Shown: positions 41,418 to 52,161 of the stretch, piece by piece | How positions within the stretch are numbered: position 1 is the stretch's first letter | Layout: each line of letters opens with the position of its first letter | DNA from: Methanotrichaceae archaeon | Lineage (GTDB): Archaea > Halobacteriota > Methanosarcinia > Methanotrichales > Methanotrichaceae | Assembly (NCBI GenBank): GCA_963754945.1 | Contig: CAVWIG010000013.1 | Coordinates: 1-64,000 of the forward strand | Reading direction: 5' to 3' | Length of the DNA: 64,000 nucleotides | Notes under the pieces: generated by a model | The model's input: the letters and a program-made list of their open reading frames with translations, nothing else | Databases searched by the model: none | Told to the model about the DNA's origin: nothing | Program-made: the position numbers and the translations under genes

Positions 41418-41889
41418 CCATTCTCATCGGTCACCACCGAATCAGTCCTCACGTCTGAGGCTGGAAAGTGAACTTGGGGTTTACTGCTCTTCTAGGCCCA
41501 AGGCATGCCTTTATCTCCGTCATTTTGATCCGTCCGGAATTCCAGGGTGTCTGACTCTTCTGCTCTAAGATAAGCCTTTGAATAAGCTTCGCCGTAGCTT
41601 TCGGCTTTCTTCGGATCAGAATTATTCGGTCGGCATTTCTGGTCAGATCCTCCCGTGAATGGAACTCCCAAGCGAGAGGGACACCACATAAGAGGCTCAC
41701 AAGATAGTTGAGATCCCTCTTTTGGGATCCGGTTGAGGAAGCTATGGCCCAAAGATGTATCCGTGGCAACTAGATATATCCATTTTCCATATACAACAAG
41801 GGATGATCAATAATCTATAGTAATCAGTTTCAAAAAGCTGATATCATGAGCCAACCACTACTTTTTGGGGGAAAGCCCAAATCCATCCT
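41370..41889 (+). ncRNA. Diverged homolog of element A (element B)
   Basis: 41684-41889 aligns to 38340-38564; same helix order and pseudoknot upstream. Confidence 0.5.
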
Positions 41890-42053
41890 CAAAGTAGTTT
41901 GCTGAACAGCTTTCCCATAAAAGTAATTTCTTCATGATGGGTGCATATGACATGTTAATGAGGCTTTGGGCAGATTGAAATTAATCCTGACTCCTCGTTC
42001 TCGAATGATATTATATAAATATACGCGAATAAACATAATTGGATGAGTAAAAG

Positions 42054-43121
42054 ATGCGCTCATATTTATTATCAGATGTTGTATTATGCGCAATTGTTAT
42101 AACCTCACTTACCATTGGTGTTCTTATCGGATCATTTGCAGGCCACACGAATAAATTGGGACCCGAAAATGATAGCCTCGTAACTTCTTCCGGAGGAGCC
42201 TTATCGAATATCGAAGAAAAAAATAACAGCCTTGCTATTGGGAAGAGCAAGAATTCCATTAAAAATATGACAATCATACCCCCTAGAATTCCAAAAGTCC
42301 CTATAAATATATTTGATCAAAATGATTTTAAACACATTTTTTCTGTAGACACATATTATAAAAAAAGTAAATATGCATTCAAGGAATATTATTGGACTGA
42401 TATAACCGAAATACTTGGAGGCGGGTTCTTTAATGCTTCGAAAGAATCCGATTGCGGCGAAAAGGCTGCATTTGCAGAATGGCTTCTAAGAAGGCATGGC
42501 ATCAATGCGTCTATAGTTGCTGCTGATAAATTCCCGGGCATGAACTGTTCTCACGCCTGGGTAAAGGTAAAGACCCCCCTAAATGAAACTATATTCATAG
42601 ATTTAAGTCAGAGCCAGGCTAATGGGAACGATACAGGATATATAAAAATAGGCGACGATTATAAGCATTTTGACAGGGAATTCAAAGATGTGTTTGAGGC
42701 AGAAAGCAGTTATAGCGACTCGTGCAGTAGCTGCGAACATCATTTCGGGTGGTGGGAGACAGATTGGGGAAAGTTGAAGCTGAAGAGTTTAGGGCTTTAT
42801 GATAATGAAACCATTACAGTTGCAGGATCTGCAGCAATCTTTCCCATCGCGGATGCAGAAGCCAAGGCATTCAATTCTCAACGCAACGGTTGCAGGGTGA
42901 ATCTTAATGGTGGTAGCAATAGCGAATGTATAGCTGCCATCGCTGAGAACATATCAGACATAGCATTGACCTCCAGAGAAGTTACGAAGGATGAGAAAAA
43001 AGAATACGGCGACAATTTCAAGCAATTTAATATTGGGTTAGAAGGACGAATCGTCGTTGTGAGCAAGTCTATCTACCAGGCCGGGATCAAGGAACTGACA
43101 AGGGAGCAGTTAAGAAATATC
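42054..43121 (+). pseudogene. Membrane-anchored transglutaminase-like (C-H-D) domain fused to a PstS-like domain, truncated by IS66
   Basis: DCGE, HAWV and FID motifs, then AGSAAIFP..ALTSREVT..KKEYGD, similar to PstS 31846-32631. Ends at the IS66 TIR. Confidence 0.7.
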
Positions 43122-44545
43122 GTATGTGTTTAGCTCCCACGTGAATTAATCCAAAATTGCCTAACCCATTTTGACCAGAAAAATTAAATAATATAATGAT
43201 AATAATCCTCAAATGGGATTATGGACGAAGGAGAGATCAATAAGCAACTTCGGGAACAGAATGAGCTTTTAAAGCGTGAGAATGAGTTGCTTAAGGCAAA
43301 AATACGAGAACTTGAGGCTCGACTAGTTCAATATGAGAATGCACATACTCCACCAAGTCTAAGACGAGGGCGGAATCAAAGAATAAGTCAGGATAAGAAC
43401 CTCAAGGGAAATCCCGGTCAAAAGAGTGGGCACAAAGGTTTAGCGAGACCTTATGCGACTCCAGATAAGCAAGTGGAAGTTACAATGGATCTGTGCCCAG
43501 ATTGCGGAGCAGAACTTGGCCTTCCTTTTCGAATTGATTCGAAGATTATTGAAGAAATTCCGGAACCTCAACCTATCACCGTCACTGAATACAAAATCGC
43601 GCATTACAGATGTCCCTGCTGCCAAAAAGAAGTTGTTGCAGGCAATTCTGACTGCCCACACGAAGGTAAATTTGGTAAAAACATAATCTCACTGGCGACA
43701 CTATTCAGATACGAAGATAGACTGCCTCACAGAAAAATCCGAGACGCTCTGAAGAGACTGTATGGGCTGAAAATAAGTCCTGCTACGATACTTGATTTAA
43801 CCCGGCGCGCTGCTGATGCCGTTAGATCTGAATACGATGCGATTTTAAACAAAATTCGAGATGCTCCGATTCTCTACGTAGACGAAACGTCAATCCACGT
43901 CCAGGGAGAAAAACACTGGATCTGGACATTTACCACACAATCTGAGACATTTTTCGTGATTCGAAAGAGCCGAGGCATGAAGGTTCTGACGGAAGTTCTG
44001 ACACGGAGATTCAAGGGAATAATCGTATGCGATGGGTGGAAACCTTATGCTAAATTCACAAATCGCTTGCAACGATGTTGGGCCCATCTACTTCGAGAAT
44101 CGAAAGACCTTGCCGAGAAGTTCGAGGAAGCGATTCCGTTGCATGAAGCGCTAAAAACGCTTTATGAATCATTGACTAAAGCTCTGGAAAGTGATCCTCC
44201 ACCAGAAATCCGAGCGGATTTATGGCATTCGGCACGAGAAGCGCTAAAGCAATGGATCATGAAAGAGTATCCTCTAGAAATAATCCAAAAATTCATCGGT
44301 AAAATTAGCAACGGATTCAATTACTGGTTCACGTTTATCATTAATCCGGGCGTAGAGCCGACCAATAATAGAGCAGAGAGAGCGTTGCGACCCCATGTCG
44401 TTTTGAGAAAGATCTTGGGCACGCTGCGCAATGAAAAAGGGACATCGATTCACGAGCGAATCATGACGGTGCTGGCAACCTGGGGACAGAAAGATCTGGA
44501 TTGTCTCCAAATGCTAACGGCAAAGCTAACCAGCTAAACACATAC
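43122..44545 (+). mobile_element. IS66-family element (transposase 43221-44537)
   Basis: TIRs GTATGTGTTTAGCT / AGCTAAACACATAC; CPDC..CPCC, VDET, QRCWAH, TNNRAER. Confidence 0.93.
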
Positions 44546-44744
44546 TATTTTTGTATATCAATGGTTCCAAAAATCTGAAACGCTCCCAATTGATCAACGA
44601 TCCGATCTCGGATAGATCATCTCCGAGGGCTTTTACTCGAGCATATTCTGCTCGAATGGCAAAATCAATGAGAGTCCTCATGCATTATATTATAGTATTA
44701 ATAGTATATAAGTATTTCGATTGATTAGTTTTTCGAAACTCTCC
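44546..44744 (-). mobile_element. 5' half of a split IS5 element
   Basis: Encodes MRTLIDFAIRAEYARVKALGDDLSEIGSLINWERF..YKN from ATG44681; left TIR GGAGAGTTTCGA. Confidence 0.85.
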
Positions 44745-44812
44745 TATGTCAGACAATTAGTTTATTTAGAAAAAGATTGTAATTATAAGTAGCTGCAGGA
44801 GTTAGGAGGCAC

Positions 44813-45772
44813 ATGCTTAGGGAACATAGGGTCAATACGCTAAATCGCGGAGATGTCTTCAGGGATTGGTTGGTCAACCTTCTTGGAGAGAGGATTTGCA
44901 ACAAGAACTGCCGCGTAGTAGTCTACAAAATAGGGCCGGCATCTCACACGGTTTGCAGATACGAGTTTGAGGATGAGAACTATAGCGTAATTGGCAAGTT
45001 CTATGCCGAACCTACAGGTTGGAAGAAGAATTACAATCCAGAGAAGTCGATGAAAAGGGAGTTCAAGAACCTGCAAGTGGTTGAGAAGATCATAGACGTT
45101 TCTAAGCCTCTAGCAGCTAAAAAGCAGTTTGGCTGTGTGCTGGTCACGGAATATATTCATGCCAGACCCCTTTATGCGTACATGAAAAGCGAGATTGAAC
45201 TGTACGATAGATTAACTGCCGTAGCCCGTTTACTGAGAAGGCTTCATGACAGTACTCAGTCGCATTATCATAAAGAGGGAGATTTCTACAAATTCCATCA
45301 AACCCTGGACCAGCTACATTTGAATGAGGAACTCAGAGAGACCTTTAATCAACTACTTGGGGACTGGTGGTATAGCACACTATTAGACCGGTCAACTGGC
45401 TGTATGATCCACCATGATGCCAATCCTGTAAATTATGTGTTTAATGGCGAGAAGGTTTATGCCCTGGATTTCGAGAGCGCCAGGCTATATGCCAACCCAG
45501 TCCACGACCTGGGGGTAATGGCAGCTGAACTCAAGCATTATTTCGCCTTACATAAAAAAGATGGAAACAGGGCTGAACCCTACATTGGCCACTTCCTCTG
45601 GCAGTACAGCCGAGATCTCTCGGAGTTTAAAAGGATCACTACGACCCTGCCCTTCTTCATGAGTCTAGGTCTCCTCAGGATGGACAGACTAAAAATAGAT
45701 CCTGACTATGGAGCTTTTGTCTTCAGAGAAGCTTTAGCATGTCTGAGGTCTCTTGAGCTTCAGAGAGGCTAA
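44813..45772 (+). CDS. APH-like phosphotransferase, paralog of 34530-35498
   Basis: HHDANPVN, LDFE; long identical stretches shared with the paralog. Confidence 0.8.
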   Translation: MLREHRVNTLNRGDVFRDWLVNLLGERICNKNCRVVVYKIGPASHTVCRYEFEDENYSVIGKFYAEPTGWKKNYNPEKSMKREFKNLQVVEKIIDVSKPLAAKKQFGCVLVTEYIHARPLYAYMKSEIELYDRLTAVARLLRRLHDSTQSHYHKEGDFYKFHQTLDQLHLNEELRETFNQLLGDWWYSTLLDRSTGCMIHHDANPVNYVFNGEKVYALDFESARLYANPVHDLGVMAAELKHYFALHKKDGNRAEPYIGHFLWQYSRDLSEFKRITTTLPFFMSLGLLRMDRLKIDPDYGAFVFREALACLRSLELQRG

Positions 45773-46586
45773 GACCTGTTTACGGGGCTGCAAGGTAGCT
45801 TATTGTTCTATCTCATAACTTATCTAAATTTAGATTCAGGGGACAATGCGCATCGTGATGCTGGCCAAGAAAGCTCGGATTAAATTAGGCATGGGATGAC
45901 CCGAACAAACTCCTCATATCGGCTGATAATTATGATACAAGAGGCAAGCCGAGAGAGCTTCCCTTGTGAGTGATGCCGAGATGATGCTTGCCTCTATTTG
46001 GAGATGATGGAGGTCTCCAGACAATAAATGATCGATGGATTATATTCATGTTGCGCAAATATACTATATTATTGGGTTTAGGGCCAATAGAATATTGTCT
46101 CGAGGGATGAGGATGAAGTTGAAATAGTAATAACTCTTGTTATATTAATGAGGTGAGACAATAGACGAGACAGATTTCTATATCTGTATCGCCCCTGTGA
46201 CCACTTTTTTCCTTCAAGATGATCCGCCTGATTTATTCTCACCGCTGTTTTTCGGTTCTAGCGGGCTTGATGGCCGTGACATTCACTGTGGCGACCAAAA
46301 TGCAACTCATTCTTTTTTTTGTACATCAATTGCCTTAGCTGCTGCAAATCCTGCGCCAGATACAGTAGGAACATGTAGCAAACCGGCATAATACCATGAA
46401 AAAAAGAATGGATCAGGTAATAGCTCTAGGTGGACAGAACCAAGAGGACTTATACATTATTCACGATAGTGATGCATATTATCGAGCTAGCTTTGGACTC
46501 TATTCTTTGTCGGCCAAGTTCTTAGGGAGGGAGATTATGAAGGTAGACTTTGCCGGTCCCCTGTACTTTTCTGTGTCCATGATCAT

Positions 46587-47252
46587 CTAATTCAGATGCT
46601 CTCTCTTTGCTTCTACTATGTATATAATGGCCTCACAAATGTTGCATATGTGATCTCCAATCCGCTCAATTTGCCTGTTGACCATCAGGAGAGGTGTGGC
46701 TTCATTAATGAATTTCGGATTTTCGATTAAGGTCTTAAGCAGCTCGTCTCTGGCCTTAACGTGCATCTCATCTATTTCATAGTCCCACTTGGTCGTCTCT
46801 CTAGCCATATCCGCATCGTCATTTCTGAGGGCTTCAATCGCCGAATCCAGCATCTTTCTAGCGATATCTGCCATACGAGGTATGTACTTCAGATTGTTCA
46901 TACGGGCCATGTCCCTGAGCTGAATTGTAGCTCTGGCCACATCCACCGCCAGATCCCCAATCCTTTCGAGGTCTATCCCGATCTTCAGTATGCCAACTAT
47001 CATCCTAAGATCCTTTGCCATGGGCTGTTGAAGGGCGAGAAGCTCCGTGCACATCATCTCGATCTTCTGGTTAAGCTCGTCAACCAACTGATCCCCTTGA
47101 ATCACTTCTATGGCCAGATCCAAGTTCGACTCTTCCAAGGACCTTATCGATTGCTCTATTGCAGCGCTGACCTGATCAGCCAGACTCTCCGTTAAGATCT
47201 TCAGATCATCAAGCTGCCTATGATACTTCTCTCTGTGCGGACTAATCTCCAC
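46587..47252 (-). CDS. phoU: Phosphate signalling protein PhoU
   Basis: QQPMAKDLR, LERIGD, ERIGDH. Confidence 0.94.
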   Translation of the reverse strand: MEISPHREKYHRQLDDLKILTESLADQVSAAIEQSIRSLEESNLDLAIEVIQGDQLVDELNQKIEMMCTELLALQQPMAKDLRMIVGILKIGIDLERIGDLAVDVARATIQLRDMARMNNLKYIPRMADIARKMLDSAIEALRNDDADMARETTKWDYEIDEMHVKARDELLKTLIENPKFINEATPLLMVNRQIERIGDHICNICEAIIYIVEAKREHLN

Positions 47253-47286
47253 CCTCCCCTTCGTTAACTAATGAAATTCGATATTC

Positions 47287-48033
47287 TCAACCGAATCTTC
47301 CCGTTATGTAATCTTCAGTGCTCTTCTCTTTTGGCGCCTCAAACAGGCGCTTAGTCTCCCCTACCTCAATCAGTTCGCCGAGGAGAAAATAGGCCGTGTA
47401 ATCGGAGATCCTCGCCGCCTGCTGCATATTGTGGGTCACAATGATCTGGGTGTACTTCTTTTTGAGCTTATCCATCAGGCTCTCAATTTTGCTTGTAGAG
47501 ATAGGATCAAGGGCGCTGCAAGGTTCATCAAAGAGTATCACATCCGGCCTCATAGCCAGGGTTCGAGCTATACACAGCCTCTGCTGCTGGCCTCCGGATA
47601 GTCCCAATGCAGGCATATCCATTCTATCGCTCACTTCATCCCATAGGGCAGCATCCTTCAGGCTTCTTTCCACTATCTTAGCGATGTCTTTTGCACCGTG
47701 GATTCTGGGTCCATAAGCAATGTTATCGAATATGGACATAGGAAATGGGTTGGGCTTCTGAAAAACCATTCCTATTCTCTTTCGGATCTCCACAACATCA
47801 ACATCTTTGCTATAGATGTTCGTGCCTTCGTACAGCACATCTCCTTCGATTCTTACATTACCAATCAGATCGTTCATCCTGTTTAGGCATCGTATGTAAG
47901 TCGACTTGCCGCAGCCGGATGGCCCGATCAGTGCTGTGATCTTGTTCTCAAGGACGCCCAGGTTTATATTTTTCAAGGCTTGCTTCTCGCCGTACCAGAG
48001 GTTTAGGTTCTTGGATTCAATCTTGAAGCTCAA
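47287..48033 (-). CDS. pstB: Phosphate ABC transporter ATPase PstB
   Basis: [40 protein letters not shown] start at 48033 assumed. Confidence 0.95.
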   Translation of the reverse strand: MSFKIESKNLNLWYGEKQALKNINLGVLENKITALIGPSGCGKSTYIRCLNRMNDLIGNVRIEGDVLYEGTNIYSKDVDVVEIRKRIGMVFQKPNPFPMSIFDNIAYGPRIHGAKDIAKIVERSLKDAALWDEVSDRMDMPALGLSGGQQQRLCIARTLAMRPDVILFDEPCSALDPISTSKIESLMDKLKKKYTQIIVTHNMQQAARISDYTAYFLLGELIEVGETKRLFEAPKEKSTEDYITGRFG

Positions 48034-48130
48034 TGCTGATCTCCTTCCTAACAATAACCTATAACAATTCCTTGACCAATCCGGTACTATTCGCATGTGG
48101 CCTTGATTCCCGAATCCATTTAGAATCTTC

Positions 48131-48148
48131 CTATATAGTCTATATACA
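48131..48148 (-). promoter_or_regulatory. Candidate phosphate-regulon box upstream of pstB
   Basis: CTATATAGT-CTATATACA. Confidence 0.4.
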
Positions 48149-48529
48149 ATCCTTGAAACAGATAACGGGTGCTGTCGTAACTGAGGTAGTGCAGACGTAG
48201 TGGTGCAATAATGCGTTAAAGGGCTGAGAGCTATGAAAAAGCTTATTGCGAAAGCTTATCCTCTTCCGCAGAATGGCCAAACAACTTACTATCCCAAATG
48301 TGACAGCGACCCGTAGGTGTGAAGGCAGCAAGCGATCAATCTAAAGCTAATGGATTCGAGGCAGCTAAGCATGGAAGGAGCTGGCGGAGATAGCTAAGAA
48401 GCATCCTAGAGAGCTTTCTACGCTTTTGATGATCCACTGGAGGTTGATCAGAGAGAAAAAGTCGAGTGAGAGGTTAAGTGGCTTAGTTCGATTGATTAAA
48501 AGCTCATTCATCGCGAGATTTCTGTACTT

Positions 48530-50005
48530 GTATGTGTTTAGCTCACCATAATCAGTATCTATGAGCCAATTTTACTACTTCAGTGTCGCTAATTGCTAGG
48601 GATCGTTTTAAGGACCAATACGTCAGTTGATATCTGTTTCTGATTAAATTCAGATTAATATATATTGGTAGTGTGCCGAAATTTCTGTAATTTGGACAGC
48701 CCTGTTATCCCACACATATTCAATCCGTATCCATAGATAAATACTTTTTAGTTGTCATCCACTCTTCATTGATATCTATCAGAATTGATGCACCTAGCCT
48801 CATAAAGGACTGGTCGCTGGGAAATGCTCCTACAACTCTTGTTCTTCTCTTCAGCTCCTTGTTGGTCCTTTCAAGTCCGTTCGTAGTCCTTATTCTTCTC
48901 CAGTGATTTCTGGGGAATGACCTGAAATTCCATAAGCTGAATCGGAAATGCTCAATGGTACCCGCAGATTTAGAATAGCCTCTGCTTTCCAGATCGAGGC
49001 ACAGTTGCTGCATCTCAGTTTCACTTTCTAGAGCTATTTTGATCTTATCCGCAATCTCCTTATGATATTTCTTGGCTACATTCCTTAAGACAGCCCGTAT
49101 GAAATGTACGTGACACATCTGCCATGAAGCACCCAGAAAGGATTTCTCTACTGCTTTCTGGATTCCCTTATGACCATCTGACACAACAAGCTTTACTCCA
49201 GATAACCCTCGGTCCTTCAGATCATCAAAAAGTCCAGTCCAAAAGAGTTCATCTTCTCCATCGGCTATTCTTGCACCCAGTATCTCTCGATAGCCGTCAT
49301 CACGGACGGCTGTAACAACCAGAAAAGCCTTGGTGATGTATCTTGAATCAGTTCTGACCTTGAAGTAACTCGCATCAACAAAAAGATAAGGAATTGAGTG
49401 TTCGATAGGTCTCTTAAGGAATTCCTCCACCCTTCCATCAAGCTCTCTGGATATCCTTGATACGCTAGAGGCAGACAGATCTTCAACACCTAATCGAGAA
49501 ACGATATCCTGGACTCTTCTGGTTGATACTCCCTGCAGATATGATTCAATCACGGCATTGATCAGAGCCTTCTCCACTCGCGAATACCTGTCAAAGACTT
49601 TAGTCTCAAAGGATATTTCACGGAATTGCGGTTTCTTGAGCTTGAGTTCGCCAACTCGCGTCTTCAGAGATCTATCTTTGTAGCCATTTCTATGGGCCTT
49701 TCTGGAATCAACTCGTTGATATGGTTCTGCATCTATTTGCTCCATCGCTTCAAGTTGCATTACGAGATTCAAGAACCAGGTCAAAAGCTTCTTTAGTCCA
49801 TCCTCTTGATCGATAAGGTAATCTTCCAAGAATTCTATTGGTATCATGGTCCTGTGTCCTCCTTTTCCCAAGATTGGATCGGATACAGGGCCGATAATCA
49901 TTCTTATTATCAAAGTACAGAAAATTCGTTACACTGCCTATATATTATACTCACTGAACCAAAAACAGCATCTATCGATCGATTCTTGGGCAGCTAAACA
50001 CATAC
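48530..50005. mobile_element. ~196-bp IS66-derived MITE carrying a nested IS256
   Basis: GTATGTGTTTAGCT at 48530 and AGCTAAACACATAC ending at 50005; no IS66 transposase between them. Confidence 0.85.
48667..49938 (-). mobile_element. IS256 element (transposase 48720-49913), 8-bp TSD TATATATT
   Basis: TIRs and TSD read directly. Confidence 0.95.
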
Positions 50006-51101
50006 CAAAAATAAAACTAGCCGCGGAGGTCGTCCGAACATTGACATCGTGATTATGGTGAAAGCTCTCGTAATTCAGCATTGGTTTGGTCTAACAGATC
50101 CAGAACTGGAGCGACAGGTTGCGGATAGGATCTCTTTTCGTATTTTCCTTGGCACCACTGAAGTAATTCCTGATTTCAGCACAGTTTGGCTATTCCGTGA
50201 ACGTTTGATTAAGTGCGACGTATACGATGATCTTTGGAATGAGCTTCAAAGGCAGCTCGATGAGATGGGGTTTACTGTAAAGAATGGCACTATCCAGGAT
50301 GCAACCTTCATAACTTCGGACCCAGGTCGGAAGAGGAACAAGAAAGACGAGCAAGGCGGGGACAAAAAGGAAGGTCAAGATTCCGAAGCCACCAGTACGA
50401 GCCTGAATCAGGAGTTTGATAAAGAGCTAATTGGTATTTCAAATAATATTATTGATGACAAGGCCAAACCACAGAGACTCGAAGAAGAGCCAATAAATGA
50501 GGGAAGTTGGGCAAAAAAGGGTGTCAAATCCTTTTTCGGATATAAAGGTCATATCTCAATCGATACCAATTACCACCTTATCAGATATTTTGAGACTACA
50601 ACTGCTTCTGTACACGATAGTCAGGTAGATCTTGGAATTGAAGGGCTACCACGTTACGCCGATAAGGGATATGATGGTGCAAAAACTCGAGGATATGATG
50701 CAGCCATGAAAAAAGCTACAAGAGGTCACAAGCTTGGAATCATAGATCTTCTGAGGAATAAGAGAATCAGTAAAACGCGATCGCACATCGAAAGATGCTT
50801 CGCTGTTATGAAGCGGGGGCATAAGGGAGCACATGTTTATGTAACAACTGTCGCAAGAGCTGGAGTAAAATTCATGATGAATTCGGTCGTTTACAACCTG
50901 GAACAGTTGAAATATTTAGTGCATAAACAAACAGCCTAGCGGAAGCTCTCTAAAAAAGCGCAAAAATTAGAAACAACAAGGTAAATTGAAATCTAATAAG
51001 CCAATTTAGGGGTGAAATATGCTAAAAAACCACTATAAAGATTGAAAATATTAACGCAAGAATTTAAGGCTTCATTAACCAACACTAAATCGAAACCCTC
51101 C
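50006..51101 (+). mobile_element. 3' half of the split IS5 element (transposase remnant to 50939)
   Basis: Starts KNKTSRGGRPN; right TIR TCGAAACCCTCC. Confidence 0.88.
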
Positions 51102-51102
51102 T

Positions 51103-52161
51103 TTGACTTATCTGGCAGCTCCCACGCCTGCGGGAGCGGAGAGCATTCTGAAGGTGCGCGTGGACGATGTTCTATGGCATGAGATAGACAGCCTTGCCGG
51201 ACTTGAACCGGTCGACCGCAACTACATCACTACTACGGACGACGATAGCAAGACTACAGTAGTCTTTGGCAATGGCGAGCATGGATCTCGCTTGCCCACA
51301 GGAGTCGAGAACGTCAAGGCCATCTATCGATCAGGCATAGGCAAGCCCGGCAACGCCAAAGCAGGACAGATCAGCCTTCTGGCGACCCGTCCACTGGGAG
51401 TGAAGGGTGTTACCAATCCCCTGCCTGCCACTGGCGGAGCTGATCGAGAGAACAGAGATCAAGCACGGCGCAATGTGCCTTTAGCGGTACTGGCACTAGA
51501 CCGACTGGTCTCGGTGCAGGACTACGCTGACTTTGCCCGTACCTTCGCAGGCATAGGAAAGGCCAGAGCTGCCAAGCTATCTGATGGAAGAAGACAGGTG
51601 GTCTTCGTCACCATAGTCGGCGCCGAAGACATCCCCATCGACTACCATTCCGATCTGTACCTGAACCTCCTCTCGGCATTGCACAAAAACGGAGATCCGC
51701 ATCAGCAGATCCGCGTAGAGGTTAGAGAACTCTTGCTCATGGTCATAAGCGCCAAGGTGCGCGTAAAACCCGACTACTTATGGGACAAGGTTGAGCCCAT
51801 TATAAAGGCCACTCTCCTGGATACTTTCAGCTTCGAGCGTCGTGAGCTGGGCCAGGACGTCCTTTTGAGCGAGGTGATCAGCACCATTCAAAACGTTGTG
51901 GGCGTGGACTATGTGGACGTGGACGTCGTCGCAGGAATTCCGGAAAAGAAACTTGACGGCGTGGTGAGGAGAATTCTGACACCGGAAGAGATCGTGGCCG
52001 CGGTTAATGCCCTGCTAGGAAAAAACAATAGCGAAAGGCCCCAGCCAAGAATAGCAGTGAACCTAGCAGACAAGGAGGGGGGCATTTTCAGGCCTGACCA
52101 GATCGCCTACCTCACACCTGATGTTCCCGATACCCTGATCCTCACGGAGTTGAAATCATGA
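51103..52161 (+). pseudogene. Baseplate J-like protein (CIS), 5'-truncated at IS5
   Basis: VVFGNGEHGSRLPTG, GGADRE, RLVSVQDY, FSFERRELGQ. Confidence 0.85.

Noticed and set aside
41449-41769. ORFs 41449-41769 and 41492-41752
   Set aside because: No recognisable motifs, and the frames are not preserved in homologous element A.
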